This document shows, one piece after another, positions 10,378 to 19,333 of a DNA stretch of 64,000 bases (position 1 is its first letter; each line of letters opens with the position of its first letter). The DNA lies in the NCBI GenBank assembly GCA_964387175.1, contig CAYLVJ010000001.1:602-64601 (forward strand), read 5' to 3'. The notes beneath the pieces were generated by a model that was not told where the DNA came from, did not search any database, and saw only the letters and a list, made by a program, of their open reading frames with translations. This stretch comes from an uncultured Candidatus Saccharibacteria bacterium (GTDB taxonomy: Bacteria > Patescibacteriota > Minisyncoccia > Minisyncoccales > CAYTKG01). The translations under genes and the position numbers were made by a program.

Positions 10378-10764
10378 TTATTTTTCCTCTATTTCGATTC
10401 TTTTCCCTTCCTTTTCTTCTTGTTTAGGGAGGGTTACCGTTAACACTCCGTTTTCCACTGTTGCTCTAACCTCTTTTTTCTTTATCGGTTCGGGAAGAGT
10501 AACTTCTCTTGTAAAGGATCCGAAATAACATTCTCGAAGAAGGAAGTCTTCTTCGGGTATTTCTTCAGATTCTTTTCTTGTTCCTTTGATCGTTAAAATA
10601 TCTCCTTCGATTAAAATCTCCAAGTCGCTGGAATCAATACCTGCGATAGGAGCTCTAACCTTTATCTCTTCATTGGTTTCATAAACATCGATGACGAGTT
10701 CTCCTTCGGGCTCGAACCATCCTTCTTTTTTAACGTCAATTTCCTTTTTGTTTTGTTTTTCCAT
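10378..10764 (-). CDS. Hsp20/alpha-crystallin small heat-shock protein
   Basis: IDVYET, LTIKGTR, GSFTR...LP, NGVLTVTLPK; start placed at the ATG of MEKQ. Confidence 0.9.
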   Translation of the reverse strand: MEKQNKKEIDVKKEGWFEPEGELVIDVYETNEEIKVRAPIAGIDSSDLEILIEGDILTIKGTRKESEEIPEEDFLLRECYFGSFTREVTLPEPIKKKEVRATVENGVLTVTLPKQEEKEGKRIEIEEK

Positions 10765-10777
10765 CTTATTTTTTTTA

Positions 10778-11476
10778 TTAATCTTTACATAAACTTTCAA
10801 GACCTTTGGCTTTTTGAAAAAGATACAAGACTACAAAGAACATAAAGGTGAGAAGCAGGGCGGGAAAAGTAAAGTGTGAGAATCTTTTCATCCTTATTAT
10901 AGAGAAATTATACAAAGTATGCAAAACGATGGCTAAAGAAAACCCTGAAAAAAGATAAGAAATCTTTTTTCTTTTTTTGTAAAAAGAAAGAGCTAAAAAA
11001 TAACCGATGATGCCGGAACAAAGAGCGTGAAGAAGGGTGGCTCCTAAAAAGCGCAGCCCGGAGTAAGCAAACACCTCTAAGAATTTCAATTCCCGGGCAA
11101 AAAACAAAGCTACATTTTCCGCGCTGGCAAAGCCCATTGCGGAACTTACCATGTAAATCATAAGATCTATTGGTTCGTCCATATTAAGGTTGCGTATTCC
11201 TCTAAGCTGAACCGGAAGAAATTTTAAAACCTCTTCTATAACTGCTACTCCGAAAAAAAGAAGCATGAATTTGGGAACTTCTTGTATTTTAAGCGGATTA
11301 ACCCATCTTAAAAGAAAGGTTTCTATAACAGCAGCGAAAAGAGCACTCACCGCTCCTAAAAGAAAAAGCTCCAATATTTTCTTTTTGGGTTCGGGGTCTT
11401 CGTCTTTTTTAAAGTAAAAGAGAAGCCAGAGAAAACTAGGCAAAAGGCCTAATAAAACGTAAATGATTCTATTCAT
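10778..11476 (-). CDS. PrsW-family intramembrane metalloprotease
   Basis: EEVLK, GFASAEN, LHAL, LHTLYN motifs. Confidence 0.9.
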   Translation of the reverse strand: MNRIIYVLLGLLPSFLWLLFYFKKDEDPEPKKKILELFLLGAVSALFAAVIETFLLRWVNPLKIQEVPKFMLLFFGVAVIEEVLKFLPVQLRGIRNLNMDEPIDLMIYMVSSAMGFASAENVALFFARELKFLEVFAYSGLRFLGATLLHALCSGIIGYFLALSFYKKRKKISYLFSGFSLAIVLHTLYNFSIIRMKRFSHFTFPALLLTFMFFVVLYLFQKAKGLESLCKD

Positions 11477-12654
11477 GGTTCTAAATTAAGATTAGCATGA
11501 GCTTTTACTTCTTTCCAATTTTTTGACTTCATAAAAAATGAAGCGGCGGCGATCATAAAGGCGTTGTCGGTGCAAAGTTCGGGGGAGGGCGCTAAAAGCT
11601 GAAGAGTAGAGGAGAGGTTGTTTTTTATCTTTTCTCTTAGTTTTTTGTTGGCACACACCCCTCCGCCTAAGATAACGGATCGAGCGGGATAATTAAGACT
11701 TGCTTTTATTAGCTTCGTAGTTAAAACATCGGTTATTGCCTCTTCTATTTCAAAAGAAAGTTCTTGAATGAAGCTTTCGCTTTCTTTTCTTTTTTTCTCA
11801 GTATCTCGAAGGAGATAAAGCACGGCGGTTTTAAGGCCGGAAAAAGAAAAGTCGTAGTTTTTAGTTTTTATCATCGGTCTCGGCAGGTGAATAGAAGAAC
11901 CGGTTGGCCTGCGGGAGAATTTTTCCGCCATTTCGGCGATACTTGGTCCTCCGGGGTAAGGAAGGCCCATCATGCGGGCTGTTTTGTCAAAGCATTCTCC
12001 TGCCGCGTCATCTCTTGTTTCTCCCAGCACTTTGTATTTCCCAATGTCTTTTACCAAGGCAAGTAAAGTATGCCCTCCAGAGGCGACAAGAGCCAAGGCG
12101 GGGAAAACCTCCTCTTTTTTTCTTATCCTAAAGCCATCCTCTTTTTTTTCTAATAGGTTAACTAAAATGTGAGCTTCGATATGGTTGACGGGGATTAAGG
12201 GAACCTTCCACCCTGCGGATATTATTTTGGCGAAATTAACCCCCATCCACAGACACGGCTCAAGCCCCGGTCCGTAAGTTACAGCAACCCGGTCGATTTT
12301 TAGCCTTTTAATTTCTTTTAAGGTTTTTTTAGAGCTCCGGTAAAAACCCTTGTCTTTGAATGATTTTTTTAAATCTCTTTTTTCTTTTTCAATCTGAAAC
12401 TCGGATTTTAATTTTAAATTACTTGGTGTTTTTTTAACAATTTTTCTTAAAAGAAGGGGAAGATTCTTTTGGTGTTCTCTTTGGGCTAAAGTCGGGAAAA
12501 CTCCTCCGTGCTTTTGGTGCAGCTTTGTTTGAGAGGCAAGCTCTTCAGCCACTTTTTTTATTTTACCTTCCTTTTTTTCCAAAAAAGCCAACCCTGTCTC
12601 ATCACAGGAGGTTTCGATAGCCAATACTTTTTTAGATATTATTTTTTGGTTCAT
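11473..12654 (-). CDS. tsaD: tRNA N6-adenosine threonylcarbamoyltransferase TsaD
   Basis: LAIETSCDET, HIEAH, ASGGHT, DDAAGECFDK, CTDNA; Lys-rich insertion of about 45 aa. Confidence 0.95.
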   Translation of the reverse strand: MNQKIISKKVLAIETSCDETGLAFLEKKEGKIKKVAEELASQTKLHQKHGGVFPTLAQREHQKNLPLLLRKIVKKTPSNLKLKSEFQIEKEKRDLKKSFKDKGFYRSSKKTLKEIKRLKIDRVAVTYGPGLEPCLWMGVNFAKIISAGWKVPLIPVNHIEAHILVNLLEKKEDGFRIRKKEEVFPALALVASGGHTLLALVKDIGKYKVLGETRDDAAGECFDKTARMMGLPYPGGPSIAEMAEKFSRRPTGSSIHLPRPMIKTKNYDFSFSGLKTAVLYLLRDTEKKRKESESFIQELSFEIEEAITDVLTTKLIKASLNYPARSVILGGGVCANKKLREKIKNNLSSTLQLLAPSPELCTDNAFMIAAASFFMKSKNWKEVKAHANLNLEP

Positions 12655-12696
12655 AAGTAATTATTACATTTTAACACGACCTAGTCTTCCTGGTAG

Positions 12697-12726
12697 TTGA
12701 CAAACTAAAGAATTTGTTGTTATACT
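12697..12726 (+). promoter_or_regulatory. Sigma70-type promoter with extended -10
   Basis: TTGACA-N18-TATACT preceded by TGn. Confidence 0.7.
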
Positions 12727-12796
12727 TTTCTTAGTAGGGATAAACGGTAAGGAAGAAAATCAACCAGGAAGATTAAACTAAAAGGAGGTGAGAATA

Positions 12797-12979
12797 ATGG
12801 CAGGGCAGAAGTATAGAGAATATGCAGAGCCCCTTACTGGACTCACTGGTCTCCTCGCGGATGGGTGGAAGGTGAAGCTTACTCATGTCGAAAGTGGAGA
12901 CAGGGTGGAGGCGACCGGCAATACCAAGGAAGAGGCTCGTCAAAGAGCGTATCAGAAGATGCGGGAATTAGGACACTAA
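12797..12979 (+). CDS. Small (60 aa) orphan protein, possibly dsRBD/HicB-N-like fold
   Basis: Own promoter, perfect SD AAAGGAGGTGA 5 nt before ATG 12797, terminator downstream; VEATGNTKEEARQRA motif. Confidence 0.7.
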   Translation: MAGQKYREYAEPLTGLTGLLADGWKVKLTHVESGDRVEATGNTKEEARQRAYQKMRELGH

Positions 12980-13002
12980 TTTTCCTTCCTGCCGTTTATC
13001 CA

Positions 13003-13036
13003 AGGGTGCCACTCGTAGTGGCACCCTATCTTTTTA
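13003..13036 (+). terminator. Intrinsic terminator
   Basis: AGGGTGCCACT-CGT-AGTGGCACCCT followed by ATCTTTTTT. Confidence 0.8.
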
Positions 13037-13085
13037 TTAATATAGTTGAAGTTTTTTTATTTTTAATTTACTATTAAGTTGAACT

Positions 13086-13160
13086 GACCCCATCGTCTAG
13101 TCTGGCCTAGGACATCAGGTTTTCATCCTGGCAACCCGGGTTCGAATCCCGGTGGGGTCG
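13086..13160 (+). tRNA. tRNA-Glu(TTC)
   Basis: Anticodon arm TCAGG-TTTTCAT-CCTGG. Confidence 0.95.
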
Positions 13161-13168
13161 CAAAGATT

Positions 13169-14719
13169 ATGAATTACCTGCGAATCGGCAGAGCCGGGGA
13201 ATTAAAAGATCCGAAAGAGCGTAGATTATATCGCTTTCTAGAACTGGTCCCCGGAGGCCTAACATGGCTTACTTTAGTCGGCGCCCTCCTTTTAGCTTGG
13301 ATGGCGCCTTTTTTCACTTCTTATCTTTTGATTGTTTTTGCTGTTTTTTGGTTTTTAAGAAGTACTTACTTAAACTCACACCTTTGGACGAGTTTTAAAA
13401 AAATGAAGGAGGTTCAAAGTAAAAACTGGCTGAAAAAGCTAAAGAACCTCAAAAATTATTCGTTAGATATTAAAAACTGGAAGGAGATTTATCATGTTGT
13501 TTTGCTCCCCAACTACAAAGAACCTTATGAGGTGATAAAGGAAAGCGTTGATTCAATTTTTGACTCGAATTATCCCAAGGATCGTTTGATTGTTGTTTTA
13601 AGTTTTGAAGAAAGAGCAGGAGAGGAAAGAAAAAAAGTCGCTCGGAAACTAAAAAAAGAGTTTAAAGGAAAGTTTAAAAATCTCGTTATTACTTTTCATC
13701 CCGGGGATTTGGAAGGTGAGATCCCGGGTCACGGATCAAACGACGCCTGGGCTTCAAAAGAGGTGAAAAGAAAGGTTTTGGATCCAATGGGAATTAGTTA
13801 TGAAAATGTGATAATTTCTTCTTTTGATACGGACACCATCGTTTACCCGGATTACTTTGCCCGTCTTGCTTATGTTTATCTTACCACCCAAAATCCCACC
13901 CGTGCCTCTTACCAGCCGGTGCCTCTTTTTAACAATAATATTTGGAGAGTTCCTTTTTTTTCTCAAACGTCTTCTTTTTCAACTACCTTTTGGCAGATGA
14001 TGTGTCAGGAGAGGAAAAGCAAACTGGTTAGTTTTTCCTCTCACTCTATGAGTTTCAAGGCCTTGCACGAGGTGGGTTACAAACAACCCAACATTATTGC
14101 TGATGACTCCAGAATATTTTATCAATGTTTTTTTAAATTTAACGGAGATTACAGGGTAAAACCTCTTTATTATCCCGTCTCCATGGATGCCAATGAAGGA
14201 AAAAACTTCTGGGCGACGGTTAAAAATATTTACAAGCAGAAGAAAAGGTGGGCCTACGGGGCGGAAGACGTTCCTTATTTTCTCTACGGTTGTTTAAAAA
14301 ACAAGAAAGTTCCTTTAAGAAAAAAAATCTCCAGGGGAGTGGAGCTTATTGTGGGGCACTGGACGTGGGCGACGACATCCGTTTTGATATTTGCTCTTGG
14401 TTGGCTTCCCATTTTTTTAGGAGGAAAAGAGTTCAACCGCTCTTTGGTCTCCTATAGTGTTCCTTATTTGGCCAGCCGGGTGATGACTATTGCCATGATC
14501 GGACTTATAACATCAATTTGGTTTGCCGCTCAGCTTTTACCGGCCAGTGAAAAAGAAAAAAAAGCGAAGGGAAAGCTTCGCTATGTCGGTTTTCTTTTGA
14601 GTTGGTTTTTAGTGCCTTTTGAACTACTTATCTTCGATTCTCTTCCCGCCGTTCATGCTCAAACAAAAATTCTCACCCAGGACTATCTTCAATTCTGGAA
14701 CACACCCAAGTCCAGATAA
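13169..14719 (+). CDS. Membrane glycosyltransferase family 2
   Basis: LPNYKE, FDTD (DxD), ADD, QKKRW motifs and TM helices. Confidence 0.85.
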   Translation: MNYLRIGRAGELKDPKERRLYRFLELVPGGLTWLTLVGALLLAWMAPFFTSYLLIVFAVFWFLRSTYLNSHLWTSFKKMKEVQSKNWLKKLKNLKNYSLDIKNWKEIYHVVLLPNYKEPYEVIKESVDSIFDSNYPKDRLIVVLSFEERAGEERKKVARKLKKEFKGKFKNLVITFHPGDLEGEIPGHGSNDAWASKEVKRKVLDPMGISYENVIISSFDTDTIVYPDYFARLAYVYLTTQNPTRASYQPVPLFNNNIWRVPFFSQTSSFSTTFWQMMCQERKSKLVSFSSHSMSFKALHEVGYKQPNIIADDSRIFYQCFFKFNGDYRVKPLYYPVSMDANEGKNFWATVKNIYKQKKRWAYGAEDVPYFLYGCLKNKKVPLRKKISRGVELIVGHWTWATTSVLIFALGWLPIFLGGKEFNRSLVSYSVPYLASRVMTIAMIGLITSIWFAAQLLPASEKEKKAKGKLRYVGFLLSWFLVPFELLIFDSLPAVHAQTKILTQDYLQFWNTPKSR

Positions 14720-14720
14720 A

Positions 14721-16802
14721 TTATTCCAAATGAACGTTTTTTGAAAAGCGCCTTAAGCGCTTTTTTAAAACGGGATACTTATTTAAAGAAGGAGATTTTT
14801 TCAGCAACTCTTTGGCTCTTTTTCTCGCTTCTTTAACCATTTTTAAATCTCCCAAAGAAGCCATTATTAATCCGGTCTTTCCGGACTGCCTTTGTCCTAA
14901 AAAGTCTCCTACTCCCCTTATCTTTAGATCTTTCTCTGCTAACTTAAAACCATCGTTTGTTTCAACCAAAGCCCGCAGTCTTTCGGTTTCTCTTTTTTCT
15001 TCGGAGGTTGGGAAAAGAAAACAATGAGAAGGGCTGTTTGAACGTCCTATTCTTCCTCTAAGTTGATGAAGCTGGGCCAACCCAAACCTTTCTGCCCCTT
15101 CTATAATCATCACCGACGCCCGGGGGACGTCTATCCCGACTTCGATTATGGAGGTGGAAAGCAAGATGTCTATTTCTCCCGCTGAAAATTCTTTCATGAG
15201 TTTTTCTTTTTTTTCACTATCGATCCGGCCGTGTATTTTTTCCACCTTCAAATCGGGGAATACTTTTTTACTTAAAAACTCCCAGTTTTCTTCTATCGAT
15301 TTTACATCTGTTTTTTCATCGAGTAAGATGCGGGGGAAAATTATGAAAGCCTGCTTTCCTTTTTTCATTTCGCTTTTTACGAATTCATATATTTTCTCCC
15401 TTTCTTCTTGAGGAACAATCACGGTGCGGACTTTTCTTTCACCGTGAGGCATCTCATCAATTGTTGAAATGTCCAAGTCACCATATATTGTTAGCCCCAA
15501 GCTGCGGGGGATGGGTGTAGCCGTCATACTTAAAAAGTGGGCATATTTTTTACTTTCTTTTTTCCTTAGTTTCCCTCTTTGTTTTACTCCGAAGCGGTGT
15601 TGTTCATCAATCACAACAAAAGCTAATTTGGAAAAGTTAACGCCTTTTTGAATCAAAGCATGGGTTCCAACCACTATATCAATCTTTCCCCCTTCAATCA
15701 TCTTTAAAAATTCTTGTTTTTTTGTTTCTAGTATCTTTTTTTCTTCAGCAATTCTACTTTTAGATCCGGTTAAAAGACCTGTTGAAACATTTGTTTCTTT
15801 AAAAAAGTTGCTTAGTTTTTTGAAATGCTGGTGGGCTAAAATTTCAGTTGGAGCCATCAGTGCGGTTTGAAAATTGTTTCTTGCGGTGTTTAAGGCGGCA
15901 ATAGCGGCTGTTATTGTTTTTCCCGATCCTACATCTCCTTGGAGAAGACGCGCCATGGGGCTTTCTTCTTCCATATCTTTTAAAATCTCCCAGGCAGATT
16001 TTTTCTGAGAGTCGGTGAGAGTAAAAGGAAGACTTTTTACAAATTCCTTAACCTCTTTTTCTTTAAAGTTAATTTTCCAGGATTTTTTCTGTTTTACTTT
16101 TCTTCTGGATCGGAGCATCTTAAGTTCCAGTAAGAAAAGTTCCTCGAAGGAGAAGCGTCTTATCGCCTCTTTTTTAGTTTCTTTATTTTCAGGAAAGTGA
16201 ATTTCTTTCAAAGCATTTTTAAAAGAATAAAGATTTTCACTTTTAATAATTTCCAAAGGAAGAGTTTCCGGCATACGGGGGGATATTTTTTTAACCAAAG
16301 GAAAAAGAACGTACCTCAACCAGCGGGAGGAGACACCTTCCGTTTCGGGATAAACGGGGACTAATCTAGCGGTGTGAATTTGTTCTTCTTTTTTTCTTTC
16401 ATGGATCGGATTGGAAAGAAAGGGGCCGTTTTTACCAACTTTTACTGGTCCCGCGAAATAAAAATTTCCTTTTTTTTGAAAAGTGTCTTTTAAGTAAGGT
16501 TGGTTAAACCACAAGGCGGGGATCAACCCTGTTTCGTCTTTAACAAAGGCTTTGGTGATCGTTATTCTTTTTCTTGCGGTCCGATCGTTTAAAACGCGGG
16601 TCACATTCCCCTTGACGCAGATTTTTTCTTTGGGTTTTGCCCCTCGAGCTTTTTTTATTTTCACTACAGAAGAGAAATCTTCATAACGATGGGGAAAATG
16701 AAAAAGAAGGTCTCCTAAATTTTTAATCCCCAAGCTTTCAAGTCTTTTGGCGTATTTGTCCGAGATCCTCGGTGTTTTTTTAATTGGGGTTTTAAGGTTC
16801 AT
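14721..16802 (-). CDS. recG: ATP-dependent DNA helicase RecG
   Basis: LQGDVGSGKT, DEQHRFGV, MTATPIPR, QLHQLRGRIGR. Confidence 0.97.
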   Translation of the reverse strand: MNLKTPIKKTPRISDKYAKRLESLGIKNLGDLLFHFPHRYEDFSSVVKIKKARGAKPKEKICVKGNVTRVLNDRTARKRITITKAFVKDETGLIPALWFNQPYLKDTFQKKGNFYFAGPVKVGKNGPFLSNPIHERKKEEQIHTARLVPVYPETEGVSSRWLRYVLFPLVKKISPRMPETLPLEIIKSENLYSFKNALKEIHFPENKETKKEAIRRFSFEELFLLELKMLRSRRKVKQKKSWKINFKEKEVKEFVKSLPFTLTDSQKKSAWEILKDMEEESPMARLLQGDVGSGKTITAAIAALNTARNNFQTALMAPTEILAHQHFKKLSNFFKETNVSTGLLTGSKSRIAEEKKILETKKQEFLKMIEGGKIDIVVGTHALIQKGVNFSKLAFVVIDEQHRFGVKQRGKLRKKESKKYAHFLSMTATPIPRSLGLTIYGDLDISTIDEMPHGERKVRTVIVPQEEREKIYEFVKSEMKKGKQAFIIFPRILLDEKTDVKSIEENWEFLSKKVFPDLKVEKIHGRIDSEKKEKLMKEFSAGEIDILLSTSIIEVGIDVPRASVMIIEGAERFGLAQLHQLRGRIGRSNSPSHCFLFPTSEEKRETERLRALVETNDGFKLAEKDLKIRGVGDFLGQRQSGKTGLIMASLGDLKMVKEARKRAKELLKKSPSLNKYPVLKKRLRRFSKNVHLE

Positions 16803-16804
16803 TT

Positions 16805-17788
16805 TTACAAAGAAGAGAAGTTTAACTTTCTTTTTTTAAGTATCTTTCTTGTCATTCCCTTGGTTTGTCCGGCCCACTTTGACTGGGCGAAAAGTTGTAA
16901 ATCTTCTTTTGTGTGGGAGTCGCCACCGCCGCTTTGGGTGAGTTCATATTTTTCGGTTAGCTTTTTCATGGTTTCCATATCTTTTTCGACTTCGAAGGTA
17001 GGGTTTTCCAAAAGACTGAGGCAAAAAATTATTTCTGCCCCGTCCAACCTTTTTTGCCGGAAGATTTTTTCAGCTAACTTTTCATTAAATTTATGCTTAT
17101 TTAAACTCCAGTGAGCTAAGATTGCTATTCCTCCCGCTTCTCTTATTAATTTTACGGTTTTATCAAGCGGTGTGAAGTAAAGATAGGGAATCCAACTTTT
17201 AAAAATTGCATTTTCGCTTAAAAACAAACCGTAAGGCCATTTTTTCTTGTCTCTTGATTTTATTCTTTTCCACGTCTTTTTAGACTTCGGATCTTTTTTC
17301 TTGCTGGCTTTTCGGGCAAACTTCATTATGAGATTTCTGTTTTTTTTCTTTTTATTGAGCTCTTCTACTATGTGGGGTCTTCCTAAAGATTTTTTATTTT
17401 TTATCTCATCAAAGCTTATATCAAAACCCAGCTTAGCGAGGTTTTGAATCATGCCCCGGGCTCTTTCTTCCCGCGCTTCGGCAGCTTTCTGGCAGTATCT
17501 TTTTAAAGGTTTGTTTGTAGGGTCGACAAAAAGTCCCACGATATGGAAGTTGCTGGCTGCTCCCCCTATTTCCCTGGGCCACCCCGAAGAGATTTCTATG
17601 CCTACGATCCATTTTGTAGGGTGGTTTTTGTTTTTTTCCAAAACTTCCAGGTCTTTTTTGCCTGGAAGACGGTCGTGGTCTGTAAAAGCTACCACTGATA
17701 TTTTATTTTCCGCGCAGACATCTAAAACTTCTTTGTAGTTTAGTTCTCCGTCTGAAGTTGTGGTGTGCGCGTGTAGGTTTTCATACAT
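16805..17788 (-). CDS. PHP-domain phosphoesterase
   Basis: LHAHTTTSDG, FTDHD, GIEIS, LAH, GGDSH. Confidence 0.88.
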   Translation of the reverse strand: MYENLHAHTTTSDGELNYKEVLDVCAENKISVVAFTDHDRLPGKKDLEVLEKNKNHPTKWIVGIEISSGWPREIGGAASNFHIVGLFVDPTNKPLKRYCQKAAEAREERARGMIQNLAKLGFDISFDEIKNKKSLGRPHIVEELNKKKKNRNLIMKFARKASKKKDPKSKKTWKRIKSRDKKKWPYGLFLSENAIFKSWIPYLYFTPLDKTVKLIREAGGIAILAHWSLNKHKFNEKLAEKIFRQKRLDGAEIIFCLSLLENPTFEVEKDMETMKKLTEKYELTQSGGGDSHTKEDLQLFAQSKWAGQTKGMTRKILKKRKLNFSSL

Positions 17789-17823
17789 ATCTTATTATAT
17801 CAAAAAAGGGCGAAAAGCCCTTT

Positions 17824-17900
17824 TGGTGCGCCCAGCAGGACTTGAACCTGCACTTTTCGGCTCCGCAAGCCGACGTTTTTTCCAATTAAACTATGGGCGC
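17824..17900 (-). tRNA. tRNA-Arg(GCG), CCA encoded
   Basis: Anticodon arm TCGGC-TTGCGGA-GCCGA; acceptor GCGCCCA/TGGGCGC. Confidence 0.9.
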
Positions 17901-18004
17901 TTTGTAAGTTCATTAAAGCATAAAAATGAAAAAAGATAAAGTTGTGTTATAATCAAAATGAAAGTTTACTTTCTTTAAAATTTGTGTTTTACTAATGAAA
18001 GAAG

Positions 18005-18087
18005 GGAGGAGTCGCATAATGGTATTGCAATGGCTTGCTAAGCCATGACGGTTTACCGTCTTGCGGGTTCAAATCCCGCCTCCTCCG
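18005..18087 (+). tRNA. tRNA-Ser(GCT)
   Basis: Anticodon arm ATGGC-TTGCTAA-GCCAT; long variable arm; G73. Confidence 0.93.
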
Positions 18088-18094
18088 CATTCAC

Positions 18095-18178
18095 GGTGGG
18101 CTGCGCCGAATTGGCAAGGCACCGGTTTTGAAAACCGGCGGGCTTCGGCCCTTACAGGTTCAAGTCCTGTGCCCACCG
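18095..18178 (+). tRNA. tRNA-Ser(TGA)
   Basis: Anticodon arm CCGGT-TTTGAAA-ACCGG; long variable arm; G73. Confidence 0.92.
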
Positions 18179-18192
18179 CTAAGTATTAAAGC

Positions 18193-18630
18193 ATGAAAAC
18201 TGTAAAAGAATTTTCAGCCGGAGGAGTGGTATTTAAAAAAGAGGCCGAGCCTCTTTTTCTCTTGGGCAAACACTCCGGTTATCACAAATGGGTTCTGCCC
18301 AAAGGCAGACCCGAAAAAGAAGAAACTCCGATTGAAGCAGCCGGGAGAGAAATAAGAGAGGAGACAGGGATTAAAGCCGAGCTTGTTTTTCGCGAGCCGC
18401 TCGTTAAGGAACATTATTTTTACACCAAAGAAAAAAACAAAAAAAAGACAAGAGTTTCAAAAAGAGTCTTTTTTTATCTTTTCCGCTTTAGGAAGGGTGT
18501 GATTGAAGATCACGGCTGGGAGATGGAAAAAGTCGGGTGGTTTTCTTACAAAGAAGCTTTAGGCAAGATGGCTTTTTCCGGAGAGAAAGAAGCGGTTAAA
18601 AAGGCAAGGATAAAAATTACTAACCTTTAG
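18193..18630 (+). CDS. NUDIX hydrolase
   Basis: Nudix box GRPEKEETPIEAAGREIREETG. Confidence 0.9.
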   Translation: MKTVKEFSAGGVVFKKEAEPLFLLGKHSGYHKWVLPKGRPEKEETPIEAAGREIREETGIKAELVFREPLVKEHYFYTKEKNKKKTRVSKRVFFYLFRFRKGVIEDHGWEMEKVGWFSYKEALGKMAFSGEKEAVKKARIKITNL

Positions 18631-19276
18631 CGATTACCAATCCCTTCACCTCGTCGGCTCCTGCTTTTTTTAAAGCTTTGCGGGCTTTTTTTAAGGTGGT
18701 TAGGGTGACCGCGACGTCATCGAAGATAATTATTTTCTTACCCTTTACTTCTTTGGGGTTGGGGCAAAAAAAGGCGTTTTCTAAACTTTCTCTTCTTTTA
18801 AAAAGGGGCAGCTCAGACTGTGGTTTTGTTTTCTTTCTTTTTTCAAGCAAGGAAGAGGAAAAGGGAAGTTCGTAGTAACCGGCAATTATTTTCACTATCC
18901 GTAATGATTGGTTAAACCCCCTCCATCTTTTCCGAGCAGGAAAAAGCGGAATGGGAGTTAAAAGATATTCCTTTTTCTTTAAAAAGTCAGGTTTCTTTTC
19001 TAAGATGTTAAAATAAGTTATAATAACAGAAGCCAGTTCAGTAGCAATCTGCCGGGCGAAAGGAGGATTTTTGTACTTTTCGATCATCTTTTTTACAAGA
19101 CTATTCCTGTAGTCTGCGGCGAAGTAAATAGTGAAAGGATCTTTTATGGGACGTCTTGGAAAGTCCAGAGTGGAAAGACAATCTTGACAAAGGTAACTTC
19201 CATATTGCCGGCAGCCCAGACAATGCTTCGGGAAAAGAAGATCCGCTAAAAAATTTTTAATTTTAAAATAAGGCAT
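18620..19276 (-). CDS. comF: ComF-family competence protein (zinc ribbon + PRTase-like)
   Basis: LLFPKHCLGC...LCQDC, RGFNQS, IIFDDV; start moved to the ATG of MPYFK to avoid overlap with pilM. Confidence 0.85.
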   Translation of the reverse strand: MPYFKIKNFLADLLFPKHCLGCRQYGSYLCQDCLSTLDFPRRPIKDPFTIYFAADYRNSLVKKMIEKYKNPPFARQIATELASVIITYFNILEKKPDFLKKKEYLLTPIPLFPARKRWRGFNQSLRIVKIIAGYYELPFSSSLLEKRKKTKPQSELPLFKRRESLENAFFCPNPKEVKGKKIIIFDDVAVTLTTLKKARKALKKAGADEVKGLVIAKG

Positions 19277-19333
19277 TGTAGTCCGTTTTTCTTCATTTTT
19301 TATGTTACAATATGAAAACGGGCTCCGAAAGTT

